Below are positions 29,182 through 40,915 of a DNA stretch of 64,000 bases, piece after piece. The stretch covers positions 14,273 through 78,272 of the forward strand of contig FR895425.1 in NCBI GenBank assembly GCA_000435595.1, read 5' to 3'. Below the pieces are notes generated by a model. That model was not told the origin of the DNA and ran no database searches. It worked only from the letters and a program-made list of their open reading frames with translations. The DNA is from Firmicutes bacterium CAG:882. GTDB taxonomy: Bacteria; Bacillota; Clostridia; Lachnospirales; Lachnospiraceae. Made by a program: the position numbers and the translations under genes. How positions within the stretch are numbered: position 1 is the first letter of the stretch; the number at the start of each line of letters is the position of its first letter.

Positions 29182-30447
29182 ATGGGTATGACTATGACAC
29201 AGAAGATTCTGGCTGCACATGCCGGTCTTCCTTATGTTGAGGCAGGACAGCTTATTGAGGCTGACCTTGATTTGGTTCTTGGAAACGATATAACATCACC
29301 TGTTGCCATTCATGAGATGGATAAGATGAAGGTCAATGGCGTATTTGATAAGGATAAGATTGCGCTTGTTCCTGATCATTTTGTACCGAATAAGGATATT
29401 AAGTCGGCAGAGCATTGCAAGTGTGTGAGAGAATTTGCAAAGAGAAATGACATTACCAACTATTTCGAGGTTGGACAGATGGGAATTGAGCATGCACTTC
29501 TTCCTGAGAAAGGACTCACCGTTGCGGGCGACGTTGTAATCGGTGCCGATTCACATACCTGTACTTACGGAGCACTTGGAGCATTCTCAACCGGTGTCGG
29601 CTCTACGGATATGGCAGCGGGAATGGCTACAGGCAAGGCTTGGTTTAAGGTACCTTCAGCGATTAAGTTCGTGCTTACAGGCAAGCCTTCTAAGTGGGTG
29701 AGCGGCAAGGATGTAATTCTTCACATTATAGGAATGATTGGTGTTGACGGTGCACTTTACAAGTCAATGGAGTTCGTTGGTGACGGAATAAAGAGTCTTT
29801 CAATGGATGACAGATTTACAATTGCCAACATGGCTATTGAAGCAGGTGGAAAGAATGGAATTTTCCCTGTAGATGATATTGCAGAGGCATATATTAAGGA
29901 ACATTCGAACAAAAAATACACGATATATGAGGCTGATGAGGATGCCGTATATGATGAGACATACACTATAGACCTTAGCACACTTAAGCCTACAGTTGCA
30001 TTTCCTCATCTTCCTGAGAATACGCACACGGTTGATGAAGCAGGAGATATCAAAATTGATCAGGTTGTAATCGGCTCATGTACTAACGGAAGACTTGACG
30101 ATCTTCGTATTGCAGCAGAGGTTCTTGAAGGGAGAAAGGTTGCAAAGGGACTCAGAGTCATCGTAATTCCGGCAACACAGGCAATTTATCTTCAGGCGAT
30201 GGAGGAAGGTCTTTTAAAGACATTTATCGAAGCGGGAGCTGTTGTGAGTACGCCTACATGCGGGCCTTGCCTTGGAGGATACATGGGTATTCTTGCTGAG
30301 GGCGAGAGATGTGTCTCGACGACTAACCGTAACTTCGTAGGACGTATGGGACATGTAAAGTCGGAGTTATATCTTGCAAGCCCGGCAGTGGCTGCTGCAA
30401 GTGCCGTGACAGGAAAAATAAGTGAACCTGCAGAACTTGGTCTGTAG
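29182..30447 (+). CDS. leuC: 3-isopropylmalate dehydratase large subunit
   Basis: Aconitase-family motifs. [12 protein letters not shown]-terminus of the LeuC/HACN type. 421 aa. Confidence 0.9.
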   Translation: MGMTMTQKILAAHAGLPYVEAGQLIEADLDLVLGNDITSPVAIHEMDKMKVNGVFDKDKIALVPDHFVPNKDIKSAEHCKCVREFAKRNDITNYFEVGQMGIEHALLPEKGLTVAGDVVIGADSHTCTYGALGAFSTGVGSTDMAAGMATGKAWFKVPSAIKFVLTGKPSKWVSGKDVILHIIGMIGVDGALYKSMEFVGDGIKSLSMDDRFTIANMAIEAGGKNGIFPVDDIAEAYIKEHSNKKYTIYEADEDAVYDETYTIDLSTLKPTVAFPHLPENTHTVDEAGDIKIDQVVIGSCTNGRLDDLRIAAEVLEGRKVAKGLRVIVIPATQAIYLQAMEEGLLKTFIEAGAVVSTPTCGPCLGGYMGILAEGERCVSTTNRNFVGRMGHVKSELYLASPAVAAASAVTGKISEPAELGL

Positions 30448-30464
30448 ATGAATGGAGGATTAAT

Positions 30465-30950
30465 ATGAAAGCATCAGGAAGAGTGTTCAAATTTGGAGAT
30501 AATGTAGATACGGATGTTATCATTCCGGCAAGATATCTCAATTCATCCGACCCTGCAGAGCTTGCAACACACTGCATGGAGGATATAGACAAGGATTTTG
30601 TAAAGAAGGTAAAAAAGGGAGACATAATCGTTGCCGACAAGAACTTCGGCTGTGGCTCATCAAGAGAGCATGCTCCGATTGCCATCAAGGCTGCCGGTGT
30701 GAGCTGTGTTATAGCGGAGACATTTGCGAGAATTTTCTACCGCAATGCAATCAATATAGGTCTGCCAATCATCGAGTGTGCTGAGGCTAGCAGGGATATT
30801 GAGGATGGTGATGAGGTTGAGATTGATTTTGACAGCGGTGTCATAACTAATGTGACCAAGAATAAGCAGTACAAGGGACAGGCATTTCCTGAGTTCATGC
30901 AGAAGCTCATTGCCGCCGGCGGTCTTATCAATTACATTAACAATAAGTAG
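30465..30950 (+). CDS. leuD: 3-isopropylmalate dehydratase small subunit
   Basis: 161 aa aconitase swivel domain with [15 protein letters not shown], directly after leuC. Confidence 0.9.
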   Translation: MKASGRVFKFGDNVDTDVIIPARYLNSSDPAELATHCMEDIDKDFVKKVKKGDIIVADKNFGCGSSREHAPIAIKAAGVSCVIAETFARIFYRNAINIGLPIIECAEASRDIEDGDEVEIDFDSGVITNVTKNKQYKGQAFPEFMQKLIAAGGLINYINNK

Positions 30951-31743
30951 AGACATAATCACGAAAGCGTTTTGACAGCTTTACTGAATTGTAGAGCTTG
31001 GCGTATTCGATGGCAGATATATCTTCGAGATAGTTTTCAGGGTATGCTTTTGTGCAGCCCTTGTCATGAAGCATTGCGACAGCCTTGTTGTAGGCTATCG
31101 CAGCTTCGTTCTCAGAGCTGTATCTTCCTATTATATAGTTGCCATTGATGTGGATGCGGGAACGGTAGCTTACGCGGCCGTTCTTTTTTATTGCCTCGAC
31201 ACCGTGGTAGCGGTTGATTATTCTTATATTGTCATAGCGGTAATCGCTGTCGTCACCGTTAATAAATTCATAGTCACGGCCTTTGACCGCATGGCTTCTT
31301 ATTCCGTATCTGGATAATATATTGACCTGCATGCCGTAATCCGCCACAAACAGGTATCCCTGCCGCTTTATTATTGTGTGGTTTGAATAGTAAAAGAGGT
31401 CATCGACATTGAATTTGAGTGCCTCATTCTCGGAAAGAAAATACATAAAATAATTCTTCATCATATATATTGGTGTCTTTATATAGATTCCTTTATCACG
31501 AAAATTGAGCAGTATGACATATTTATCGAAGCTCAGGACACGGCAGTGTGAGTGGTAGTCCTCTGACGTACACTCACAGTTACATGAGCCGGTTATGGCA
31601 AGAGCCTCGGTGTAGGCGAGGTTAGCTTCCGCCTCGGTTGGAAAGCTGCCGAGACTTATATGCTTGTTTTTGTATGTAAATGACGAGCGGTAATATATGG
31701 TGCCATCTTTTTTCTGAGCCTTGAATGCGCCGGGTAATGCCAT
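30937..31743 (-). CDS. protein with two AP2-like DNA-binding domains
   Basis: [34 protein letters not shown] and [34 protein letters not shown] both match the YRG...G.F.T.EEAA.AYD AP2 pattern. The 3' end overlaps leuD by 14 nt. Confidence 0.5.
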   Translation of the reverse strand: MALPGAFKAQKKDGTIYYRSSFTYKNKHISLGSFPTEAEANLAYTEALAITGSCNCECTSEDYHSHCRVLSFDKYVILLNFRDKGIYIKTPIYMMKNYFMYFLSENEALKFNVDDLFYYSNHTIIKRQGYLFVADYGMQVNILSRYGIRSHAVKGRDYEFINGDDSDYRYDNIRIINRYHGVEAIKKNGRVSYRSRIHINGNYIIGRYSSENEAAIAYNKAVAMLHDKGCTKAYPENYLEDISAIEYAKLYNSVKLSKRFRDYVSTYC

Positions 31744-31826
31744 GGTTTTCTCCGTTTCTTCCTAGTTAAAGATTCCGATATCAATTATAGCCTCAGAAGC
31801 CTGCTCTTGCAATGTAAAAGAACCTG

Positions 31827-31858
31827 AAAATGTAAGAAAATGTAAGAATTTACATTTT
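31827..31858. repeat. tandem gaaaatgtaa repeats fused to the perfect palindrome aaaatgtaagaatttacatttt
   Basis: Read directly at 31827-31858. Confidence 0.6.
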
Positions 31859-32079
31859 GCATGCAGCATGCTCCATTTTGAACCTGAATTCGTGGCAATT
31901 ATCCCACTTAAATACTTAAAAAATCCAAAAAATAAGCTGTTTTCCCCCACTTTTTGAAAATAAATTCGGAGAAAAGACGGTAATAATAAATTCGCCGTTT
32001 TACCATAAAAAAATATCAATAGGCAAAAGTTACAAAAAATATGAATAAAAACACAAAAATTAGGGCATAATTCCGAATA

Positions 32080-32105
32080 AAATTGTTACAAAATTGTTAC
32101 AAAAG
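32080..32105. repeat. tandem 11-nt direct repeat aaattgttaca x2 upstream of a sigma-70-like promoter
   Basis: aattgttacaaaattgttacaaaag. TTGACA, 17 nt, ATAATT at about 32144-32172. Confidence 0.55.
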
Positions 32106-32207
32106 ACGTTTTTCACAAAAAACGGAGTTTTGATTGACAAAAATGAAATCGTAAATATAATTGCAACAAGAACGAAAAAACATTTATTTGAATGAGAGGT
32201 TTTTAAG

Positions 32208-33005
32208 ATGAAGAATATTTTTTCGCTCTTTAATGGTGTTTTTTGTTTCTTTAAAACCATTACCAAGAGTATGTACAGAAGATGTGCCATTATTGCTTCA
32301 GGTTCTGCGGTAATTGCGGTTGTGTGTCTTAACTCGACATGCTATGGCGGAGGTGGAAAGAACAATGTCGTTTCATCATATACGGGAACCGGACAGGTTG
32401 CGGAGGATGAAGAAACGGACGATGACACTGATGAAGAGACAACAGTATTCACATCACTGATCAATTCAGACATGACATTGGAAAACGAAAATTATGCCAG
32501 ACCGCTGCTTGACATGAGTTTAGAGGATAATATTTCGAAATACCGTTGTGTCTATGTTGATGTGAATGAAATGCGGATGGCAGAAGAAGCACTTGTGAGT
32601 GCGGATTATATCAATCCGATTATTACAATCACGGACGAGGAATACAATAACCTTGTTCGAATTGTTGAGGCGGAGGCAACGGGACTTGACATTAAGGCGA
32701 AGATTCTTGTTGCGAATGTAGTTATCAACAGAGTATTTTCAAATGATTTTCCTAACAATGTAACAGATGTTATTTTTCAGGAGAACGGAGCACAGTTTCA
32801 GCCGGTTATGGACGGAAGATACTATTCGGTATCGCTTACGGACACTTCTTATGAAGCGGTTGACAGAGCACTTGTCGGAGAGGATTATTCTGAGGGAGCA
32901 CTTTTCTTTGCGGCTACGGCATCAGCAGGTGACGGAAGCTGGTTTGCAACTCACCTAAGAAGACTCTTTGAGTATAATGGACATGTATTCTTTGGATATT
33001 ATTAA
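32208..33005 (+). CDS. cell wall hydrolase, SleB/CwlJ (Hydrolase_2) family
   Basis: C-terminal LVRIVEAEATGLDIKAKILVANVVINRV...FQENGAQFQPVMDG matches the spore-cortex-lytic hydrolase domain. Signal peptide-like N-terminus. Confidence 0.65.
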   Translation: MKNIFSLFNGVFCFFKTITKSMYRRCAIIASGSAVIAVVCLNSTCYGGGGKNNVVSSYTGTGQVAEDEETDDDTDEETTVFTSLINSDMTLENENYARPLLDMSLEDNISKYRCVYVDVNEMRMAEEALVSADYINPIITITDEEYNNLVRIVEAEATGLDIKAKILVANVVINRVFSNDFPNNVTDVIFQENGAQFQPVMDGRYYSVSLTDTSYEAVDRALVGEDYSEGALFFAATASAGDGSWFATHLRRLFEYNGHVFFGYY

Positions 33006-33063
33006 GGAATTAAGGAAATACTGAAGAATTTACTTGTTTAATGAAATAAAGTGTGATAAAATG

Positions 33064-33097
33064 GGCGATAAGTATTAAGCTTATCGCCTTTTTATTG
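33064..33097 (+). terminator. rho-independent terminator
   Basis: ggcgataag..cttatcgcc followed by tttttatt. Confidence 0.6.
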
Positions 33098-33154
33098 CGT
33101 TTTACGACGCAGGGTGTTACTGAAAATAACAAAAATGATCTTGTGGAGGATGCT

Positions 33155-34642
33155 ATGGAATTATTTTATAAAAGTACCAGGGATGACAATGTGAAGGTCA
33201 CTGCTTCTAAGGCAATTCTTAAGGGTCTTGCAGATGACGGCGGACTGTTTGTGCCGGAGAGTATACCTGTTCTTGATAAGAGCTTTGAAGAGCTTTCAAA
33301 GCTGAGCTACGGAGAGGTTGCTTATGAAGTTATGAAGCTTTTCTTTACGGATTTTACAGAGGAAGAACTCAAAAACTGTATTGCCAATGCTTATGACAGC
33401 AAGTTCGACACCCCTGAGATAGCACCGCTTGTCAAGGCGGATGGTGCATATTTCCTTGAATTATTTCACGGTGCTACAATTGCATTCAAGGATATGGCAT
33501 TATCAATTCTTCCACATCTTATGACAACATCAGCGAGAAAGAATAACATTAAGAATGATATTGTTATTCTGACGGCAACATCCGGTGATACAGGCAAGGC
33601 TGCTCTTGCCGGTTTTGCCGATGTCAAGGGAACCAAGATAATCGTGTTCTATCCTAAGGACGGCGTAAGTCCTATTCAGGAAAAGCAGATGGTTACACAG
33701 AAGGGCGATAATACTTATGTAGTTGGAATTAAGGGTAACTTCGACGATGCCCAGACCGGCGTTAAGAATATATTCGGTGACAAGGAGCTTGCGGCAGAGC
33801 TTGATGCGGCAGGATATCAGTTCTCATCAGCCAATTCAATCAACATAGGAAGGCTTGTTCCGCAGATAGTTTATTATGTATATTCATATGTTAAGCTTCT
33901 TGCCAATGAAGAGATTATGTCAGGTGAGAAAATTAATGTTGTGGTACCTACAGGTAATTTCGGCAACATTCTGGCTGCCTTCTATGCAAAGAACATGGGA
34001 CTTCCGATTGCAAAGTTAATCTGTGCGTCGAATGAGAACAAGGTTTTGTATGATTTCTTCAGCACAGGTGTATATGACAGAAACAGAGAGTTTAAGCTTA
34101 CAAGCTCCCCTTCAATGGATATTCTTATATCGAGCAATCTTGAGAGACTTATTTACCGCATTGCAGGTGGTTCGGCAGAGGAAAATAAGAAACTCATGGC
34201 ACAGCTTAAGGATAACGGCAGATATGAGATTTCTGACAAGATGAGGGCAGAGCTTGGTGATTTCTACGGCAATTATGCGAGCGAGCAGGAGACGGCGCAG
34301 ACTATAAAGAAGCTCTATGAAGACACAGGATATGTAATTGATACACATACGGCTGTTGCTGCAGCAGTATATCATAAGTATGCCGCAAATGGAGATAGCA
34401 ATAAGACCGTAATTGCTTCAACGGCAAGCCCGTTCAAGTTCACAAGAAGTGTAATGAATGCGATTGACGGTGAGAAATATGCAGACATGACGGATTTTGA
34501 ATTGGTTGATGAGCTCTCTAAGATTGCCAATGTGGCAGTGCCTAAGGCAATAGAGGAGATAAGAACGGCACCTGTGCTTCACACAAGAGTATGTGACAGA
34601 ACACAGATGAAAGAGACAGTGAAGGATATTCTTAATGTATAA
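33155..34642 (+). CDS. thrC: threonine synthase
   Basis: FHGATIAFKDMALS PLP-lysine motif. GGAGG RBS before the ATG at 33155. The ORF track starts upstream at 33053. Confidence 0.85.
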   Translation: MELFYKSTRDDNVKVTASKAILKGLADDGGLFVPESIPVLDKSFEELSKLSYGEVAYEVMKLFFTDFTEEELKNCIANAYDSKFDTPEIAPLVKADGAYFLELFHGATIAFKDMALSILPHLMTTSARKNNIKNDIVILTATSGDTGKAALAGFADVKGTKIIVFYPKDGVSPIQEKQMVTQKGDNTYVVGIKGNFDDAQTGVKNIFGDKELAAELDAAGYQFSSANSINIGRLVPQIVYYVYSYVKLLANEEIMSGEKINVVVPTGNFGNILAAFYAKNMGLPIAKLICASNENKVLYDFFSTGVYDRNREFKLTSSPSMDILISSNLERLIYRIAGGSAEENKKLMAQLKDNGRYEISDKMRAELGDFYGNYASEQETAQTIKKLYEDTGYVIDTHTAVAAAVYHKYAANGDSNKTVIASTASPFKFTRSVMNAIDGEKYADMTDFELVDELSKIANVAVPKAIEEIRTAPVLHTRVCDRTQMKETVKDILNV

Positions 34643-34787
34643 TAAAAATACTTAACGATAATGAACCATGCTATTGTTAGTTGACGATTAACGGTAGTAT
34701 GGTTTTTTGCATAAAAACGCTTGAAAAGAGCCGGATTTTGTTATAGTATAGAACATATATTTGCTTTTTGGAATTTTGGAGGAGTTT

Positions 34788-36710
34788 ATGGCGGAGAAGA
34801 AACAGGATTATGGTGCCGGAAGCATTACTATCTTAGAAGGACTTGAGGCGGTCAGAAAGCGTCCGGGAATGTATATAGGAAGTGTTTCCACTAAGGGACT
34901 TAATCATCTCATATATGAGATTGCCGATAACGCGGTGGATGAGCATCTTGCCGGTTACTGTGATTCTATATGGGTTACACTTAATAATGATGGGACGGCT
35001 GTGATTAAGGATAACGGTAGAGGTATACCGGTGGGTATACATCCTAAGGCGGGAATTCCGGCGGTTGAAGTTGTATTTACGATGCTTCATGCCGGAGGCA
35101 AATTCGGCGACGGGGCATACAAGATTTCGGGAGGACTTCACGGAGTAGGTGCATCGGTTGTCAATGCACTGTCGAGATGGCTTGAAGTTGAGATAAGACA
35201 GGACGGAAAGGTGTACAGACAGCGGTATGAACGCGGACATGTCATGGCACCGCTTGCAGAAACCGGCACATGCAGGAAGAATGATACCGGAACGACTGTT
35301 ACCTTCCTTCCTGATGATGAGATATTTGAAAAGACATATTTTAAAGCTGATCAGGTAAAAAGCCGACTTCATGAGACAGCTTATCTTAATCCGGGACTTA
35401 CAATCTATTTTGAAAATAAGAGAAGCGGAGAGGCGGAGTCGGATGTATTTCATGAGCCGGACGGAATTAAGGCTTATGTAAAGGCACTCAATGAAGGGCT
35501 TGATACGCTTCATGATGTTATATATTACAAGCATACGAGCGAGGGCATAGAGGTGGAGTGTGCCGTTCAGTTCGTTGATGCTTTTCAGGAGAATATTCTC
35601 GGCTTCTGTAACAACATTTACACGCAGGAGGGCGGAACACATCTGACAGGTTTTAAGACCAAGTTTACGGTTGTAATCAACCAGTACGCGAGAGAGCTTG
35701 GAATTCTTAAGGATAAGGATGTCAATTTTACCGGGCAGGATGTACGAAACGGAATGACGGCGGTTATCGCCGTAAAGCACCCTGAACCGAGGTTTGAGGG
35801 GCAGACTAAGACAAAGCTTGACAATCAGGACGCGGGCAAGGTTGTTGCGGAGGTTACGGGCGATGAGCTTGTGCGCTATTTTGACAAGAATCTTGAGACA
35901 TTAAAGACAGTTATAGCCTGTGCAGAGAAGTCAGCTAAGATTCGTAAGGCTGAGGAGAAGGCTAAGACCAATCTGCTTGTTAAGCAGAAGTTCTCGTGCG
36001 ACAGCAATGGAAAGCTCGCCAATTGTGAGAGCCGCAACCCTGAGGAATGCGAGGTATTCATAGTTGAGGGAGATTCGGCAGGAGGTTCTGCAAAGACAGC
36101 GAGAAACAGACGCACACAGGCCATACTTCCAATCAGAGGTAAGACTCTCAATGTAGAGAAGGCTACAATGGATAAGGTGCTCGCCAATGCAGAGATTAAG
36201 ACAATGATAACCAGCTTTGGCTGTGGATTCGCGGAAGGCTATGGCAATGATTTCGATATAACCAAGCTAAGATACAATAAGATTATTATTATGACTGATG
36301 CGGATGTTGATGGAGCGCATATTGCGACGCTTCTTCTTACATTCTTTTATCGTTTCATGCCAGAGCTTATACAGGAGGGACATGTTTATCTGGCAACGCC
36401 GCCATTGTATAAGGTTGTTCCTAAGAAAGGGGAGGGGCAGTATCTGTACGATGACAAGGCGCTTGAAAAGTACAGAAAGACACATACATGCAGTTTTACA
36501 CTGCAGAGATATAAGGGACTTGGAGAGATGGATGCAGAGCAGCTATGGGAGACAACGCTCAATCCGGAGACAAGAATCCTTAAGCGCGTTGAGATTGAGG
36601 ATGCGAAGATGGCATCGGATGTCACTGCTATGCTTATGGGAAGCGATGTAGAGCCGAGACGCAGATTTATATATGAGCATGCACACGATGCTGAGCTTGA
36701 TCTGGCATAA
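34788..36710 (+). CDS. parE: type IIA topoisomerase subunit B (topo IV ParE or GyrB)
   Basis: GLEAVRKRPGMYIGS, GHKE ATPase motifs, TOPRIM EGDSAGGSAK. 640 aa and lacking the long GyrB insertion, which favours ParE. Confidence 0.8.
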   Translation: MAEKKQDYGAGSITILEGLEAVRKRPGMYIGSVSTKGLNHLIYEIADNAVDEHLAGYCDSIWVTLNNDGTAVIKDNGRGIPVGIHPKAGIPAVEVVFTMLHAGGKFGDGAYKISGGLHGVGASVVNALSRWLEVEIRQDGKVYRQRYERGHVMAPLAETGTCRKNDTGTTVTFLPDDEIFEKTYFKADQVKSRLHETAYLNPGLTIYFENKRSGEAESDVFHEPDGIKAYVKALNEGLDTLHDVIYYKHTSEGIEVECAVQFVDAFQENILGFCNNIYTQEGGTHLTGFKTKFTVVINQYARELGILKDKDVNFTGQDVRNGMTAVIAVKHPEPRFEGQTKTKLDNQDAGKVVAEVTGDELVRYFDKNLETLKTVIACAEKSAKIRKAEEKAKTNLLVKQKFSCDSNGKLANCESRNPEECEVFIVEGDSAGGSAKTARNRRTQAILPIRGKTLNVEKATMDKVLANAEIKTMITSFGCGFAEGYGNDFDITKLRYNKIIIMTDADVDGAHIATLLLTFFYRFMPELIQEGHVYLATPPLYKVVPKKGEGQYLYDDKALEKYRKTHTCSFTLQRYKGLGEMDAEQLWETTLNPETRILKRVEIEDAKMASDVTAMLMGSDVEPRRRFIYEHAHDAELDLA

Positions 36711-36913
36711 CGGTGTAAAAATATTGGGTCACTGAGGATACAGTGACGCGGAGAAATGGGGATTAGTGTGCAAAATAAGCTTGATAGCTTATTCTTGCAC
36801 ACATGCTATTTGTGCCGCAGGCGTCACAAAGTAGCATTTATCGTGGTCAAAATTTGAGATTTTGCCCACGATTCCTCCGGTAAGAAAGCATTGCCTGCGG
36901 AATGGAGATTAAT

Positions 36914-39157
36914 ATGGCAGAACAAATTATGCAGACAGAGTATTCGGAGCTGATGCAGAAATCATACATTGATTATTCCATGAGTGTAATAACGGCGCGT
37001 GCCGTACCGGATGTCCGCGACGGACTCAAGCCGGTTCAGAGACGTGTACTGTATGCCATGGAACAGCTTGGACTTAACTATGACAAGCCGCACCGTAAGT
37101 CGGCGCGTATTGTCGGAGATACGATGGGTAAATACCATCCGCATGGTGACAGCTCAATATACGATACACTTGTTGTACTTGAGCAGGATTTTAAGAAGGG
37201 AATGGCACTTGTCGACGGTCACGGCAATTTTGGTTCCATAGAGGGTGATGGTGCCGCGGCAATGCGATATACGGAGGCAAAGCTAAAGAAGTTTACGCAG
37301 GATGTCTATCTTGCAGACCTTGATAAGAATGTTGTTGATTTCATGCCGAACTTTGATGAGACGGAGAAAGAACCGGTGGTTCTTCCTGTTCGTGTTCCGA
37401 ATCTTCTTGTCAATGGCTCCGAGGGTATTGCAGTAGGTATGACGACGAGCATACCGACACATAATCTCGGTGAGGTTATCGATGCGGTTAAGGCATGCAT
37501 GGATAATCCTGATATAACGACAGCCGAACTTATGAATTACATAACGGGTCCTGATTTTCCTACAGGAGGCCTTGTGGTCAATAAGAGTGAGCTGCCTGAT
37601 ATCTATGAGAGCGGGACAGGAAAAATCAAGCTCAGGGGTAAGGTGGAGTTTGAACCGGCGGCAAAGAAGGGCGACAAGGATAAGCTTGTTGTTACCGAGA
37701 TTCCGTATACCATGATCGGGGCGGGAATAGGTAAGTTTATCTCAGATGTTGTCGATTTGATTGAGACAAAAAAGACTCAGGACATCACGGATATTTCCAA
37801 CGAATCGTCCAAGGAGGGAATAAGAATCGTACTTGAGCTCAAGAAGAATGTTGATGTGGAGAAGTTAATCAACATGCTCTACAAAAAGACCAAGCTTGAG
37901 AATTCGTTCGGCGTGAACATGCTTGCAATTGTTGACGGCAGACCTGAGACCTTAGGTCTTAAGCAGATTATAAAGCATCATATTGACTTCCAGTTTGAGC
38001 TTGCAACACGAAAATATACAACACTTCTCAACAAGGAGCTTGAGAACAAGGAAATAAAGGAAGGACTTATACGGGCCTGCAATATAATAGATCTGATTAT
38101 TGAAATCCTTCGTGGAAGCAGGAATCTTAAGATGGCGAAGGAATGTCTTATAAGCGGCAATGGCGAGGGCATCAGCTTCAAGTCGGAGAAATCAAAGAAG
38201 GATGCGGCTAAGCTGCACTTTACGGAGAGACAGGCATCGGCTATTCTTGAGCTTCGTCTGTATAAGCTCATAGGACTCGAAATCCTTGCACTTGAGAAGG
38301 AGTATGAGGAGACGCTTGCGAGAATTGCTGAATATGAGGATATTCTTAACAGCAGAAGAACAATGGTCAAGGTTATAAAGAAAGACCTTGACAACATAAA
38401 GAAAGAGTATGCACTCCCGAGACGAACTGTTGTGGAGGACGCTGAAGAAGCGGTATTCGAGGAGCAGAAGATGGTTGAGCAGGAGGTGGTATTCCTGATG
38501 GACCGCTTTGGGTATGCCAAGACAATAGATACGGCTGCCTATGAGAGAAATAAGGAAGCTGCACATGCTGAGAATAAGTATGTCTTCAACTGTATGAATA
38601 CTGATAAGATATGCATATTTACGGACAACGGCAATCTTCATCAGATTAAGGTGAAGGATATTCCTTTTGTGAAGTTCAGGGATAAAGGAACTCCTATAGA
38701 CAACCTTGGCAATTACAGCAGTGCGGGCGAGGAGATTATATTCCTGTGCTGCAGTAGTCTGCTTGCCGGGCGCAAGCTTCTGTTTACGACGAAGAAAGCT
38801 ATGATGAAGCTTGTCGATGGAGCCGAGTTCGATGTGTCTAAGAGGACGGTTGCGGCGACTAAGCTGTCAGAGAATGATCTGATAACAAGTATAGAGATTA
38901 TCAGTGCCGTCAACACACAGAATGTTGTTCTTCAGACGGAGAACGGATATTTTCTTAAATTTATGTTGGAAGAGATACCGGAAAAGAAGAAGAGTGCGGT
39001 CGGTGTGCGCGGAATGAAGATTGATGATAAGGATGCTGTGGATGAGGTATACCTGATTCCGGAGGATGCAGACATATCAATTCAGTACAAGGATAAGGAC
39101 ATCTCACTTAAGAAGCTTAAGCTGTCTAAGCGGGATGCCAAAGGACAGAAAAGGTAA
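36914..39157 (+). CDS. parC: type IIA topoisomerase subunit A (topo IV ParC or GyrA)
   Basis: [24 protein letters not shown], with the catalytic tyrosine region. 747 aa. Confidence 0.8.
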   Translation: MAEQIMQTEYSELMQKSYIDYSMSVITARAVPDVRDGLKPVQRRVLYAMEQLGLNYDKPHRKSARIVGDTMGKYHPHGDSSIYDTLVVLEQDFKKGMALVDGHGNFGSIEGDGAAAMRYTEAKLKKFTQDVYLADLDKNVVDFMPNFDETEKEPVVLPVRVPNLLVNGSEGIAVGMTTSIPTHNLGEVIDAVKACMDNPDITTAELMNYITGPDFPTGGLVVNKSELPDIYESGTGKIKLRGKVEFEPAAKKGDKDKLVVTEIPYTMIGAGIGKFISDVVDLIETKKTQDITDISNESSKEGIRIVLELKKNVDVEKLINMLYKKTKLENSFGVNMLAIVDGRPETLGLKQIIKHHIDFQFELATRKYTTLLNKELENKEIKEGLIRACNIIDLIIEILRGSRNLKMAKECLISGNGEGISFKSEKSKKDAAKLHFTERQASAILELRLYKLIGLEILALEKEYEETLARIAEYEDILNSRRTMVKVIKKDLDNIKKEYALPRRTVVEDAEEAVFEEQKMVEQEVVFLMDRFGYAKTIDTAAYERNKEAAHAENKYVFNCMNTDKICIFTDNGNLHQIKVKDIPFVKFRDKGTPIDNLGNYSSAGEEIIFLCCSSLLAGRKLLFTTKKAMMKLVDGAEFDVSKRTVAATKLSENDLITSIEIISAVNTQNVVLQTENGYFLKFMLEEIPEKKKSAVGVRGMKIDDKDAVDEVYLIPEDADISIQYKDKDISLKKLKLSKRDAKGQKR

Positions 39158-39160
39158 AAT

Positions 39161-39200
39161 AAATGAGTGGTTATTTCAATGCGAAATAACCACTCATTTT
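39161..39200. terminator. bidirectional terminator
   Basis: aaatgagtggttattt..aaataaccactcatttt. Confidence 0.6.
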
Positions 39201-39240
39201 GTATTATCTGAGTATATGAAAATATCCGGCGCAATCAGCT

Positions 39241-40290
39241 TCACTGGCTGAGCTTGTGAAGTGTGATGCAGTTAGGCGTATCAATCTTAACCGGCTTGCC
39301 ATTCATTACAAGAAGACCTTTTTCATAATGTATTGTGAAGAAGGTGAGAGTTCCTGACTCGTTGTTGACGCTTACGAGATGCTTTTCGTCAGGGAAGAGA
39401 TTGATGTCCTTAGGATAATCCCCGCTGATTGGAAGGCTGTTCTTGAGTGATAAAAGTCCTGTCTCCTTATCTACGGAGTAAATGGTGACGCTGTTGTCTC
39501 CCGCATTGGAGCAGAATACATAATCGCCGTTTTTAGATACCTGTATGGCAGCGGCAGCGGTATTCTCCTTGTGCCCCTTTCTTACGGTGAATATGTTCTG
39601 TATAAATTCAAAACGTGTCTTGTTCTCAGGAGTATACTTATACACATCTATGTAATTCTTCAGCTCACACACAATATATGCATACTTTCCGTCCGGGCTG
39701 AAGGTTATCTCGCGCGGGGCGGATTCAAGCTGGCATCTGATAATATCTGAAAGCTTCAGCCTGCCGGTTGCCTTGTCAAAGTCGTAGAGCTTAACCTGAT
39801 CCATACCGATATCGCATACACAGAGTAAATCTTCATCAGGCGTTAATACGGAACAGTTGATGTGGGGACGGAAATTGCGCTCTGCGATACTTCCCATACC
39901 CTTGTGGTATACCTCAGCCGTTATTGCTCCTACAGTTCCGTCGGCATTGATGTGAAGAACCGTCAGCTTGCCGTCATGATAACCTGATACAAATATATAG
40001 TCGTCAGCTTTTGTGAGTGAAAGATGGCAGCCACGCATACCCTTTATTGAAGAAGTATTCATATATTCAAGTCCGCCGTCAGGCTTGATCTTAAAGGCTG
40101 CAATGCCTTCATCGACTATTGAATAGAGATATCTGCCGTTATGAGAAACAATAAGATATGATGAATTGTTGACAATGACCTCCTCACGGTATGACATATG
40201 TCCCGCTTCGTTATCAACATCCAATATGGTAATTCCTTTGCTTGAATCATGTGTGTAGGAACCTACATAAGCAACATATTTTTCAGCCAT
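39241..40290 (-). CDS. lactonase-family beta-propeller protein (6-phosphogluconolactonase-like)
   Basis: MAEKYVAYVGSYT N-terminus and repeated blade motifs. 349 aa. Confidence 0.7.
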   Translation of the reverse strand: MAEKYVAYVGSYTHDSSKGITILDVDNEAGHMSYREEVIVNNSSYLIVSHNGRYLYSIVDEGIAAFKIKPDGGLEYMNTSSIKGMRGCHLSLTKADDYIFVSGYHDGKLTVLHINADGTVGAITAEVYHKGMGSIAERNFRPHINCSVLTPDEDLLCVCDIGMDQVKLYDFDKATGRLKLSDIIRCQLESAPREITFSPDGKYAYIVCELKNYIDVYKYTPENKTRFEFIQNIFTVRKGHKENTAAAAIQVSKNGDYVFCSNAGDNSVTIYSVDKETGLLSLKNSLPISGDYPKDINLFPDEKHLVSVNNESGTLTFFTIHYEKGLLVMNGKPVKIDTPNCITLHKLSQ

Positions 40291-40397
40291 AGTAACCTCA
40301 ATTCCGCCACAGTAGATGTGGCACGTTATTTGTAAATTAAAAGGGCTGCCGGTTAAAATGGCAGCCCGGATTTATATTTATTTTACGTCAATAGAGG

Positions 40398-40898
40398 TTA
40401 TTTTACAAGCGTTTTCATAACTTTTGAAAGTAAAATCGTAAGAGGCTTATAGAGAAAAAGTGCAGTCAAAAAATTACCTATACAGTGTACTATATCAAAA
40501 GGTATTCCGCTTATAAAATATGCAAAGCCCGAACCTATGCCGAACATTACTCCCTGAGTGATTGAGCACAGTGCTCCAAAGACAAGTCCGAACGCACCAT
40601 TGATTACAGCCCAGAAAACGGCTGAATCATTGCGCCTTAACAGCATTGTAATTCCCCATAAAACCGCCCAGACATAGAGATACATTATCCACCAGCTTCC
40701 AAAGCCCCAGAATATGCCTTCAAGCAGAACGAATACATATATTGGAAAAAGAGCTTTTTTGCCGAATATTTTGGTGTATACCAGAAAAAGTATGGACACA
40801 ACCTCTATATTTGGAAGAAAGCTTAAGGCAACCTGACCGACATATGCGATTGCTCCGAGCATTCCTAGAAGTACTATCTCAAAAGTCTTATATTTCAT
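40398..40898 (-). CDS. small polytopic membrane protein, putative ECF-transporter S component
   Basis: 166 aa, 5-6 TM helices. Operon with a DUF4430 gene behind a cobalamin riboswitch. Confidence 0.4.
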   Translation of the reverse strand: MKYKTFEIVLLGMLGAIAYVGQVALSFLPNIEVVSILFLVYTKIFGKKALFPIYVFVLLEGIFWGFGSWWIMYLYVWAVLWGITMLLRRNDSAVFWAVINGAFGLVFGALCSITQGVMFGIGSGFAYFISGIPFDIVHCIGNFLTALFLYKPLTILLSKVMKTLVK

Positions 40899-40915
40899 AA
40901 GGTGGTTTTACCTGC

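Noticed and set aside
31762-32290. Two minus-strand ORFs (85 and 76 aa) in the AT-rich region upstream of the SleB-like gene
   Set aside because: Low-complexity, K/F-rich translations that overlap the tandem repeats. More likely non-coding regulatory DNA.
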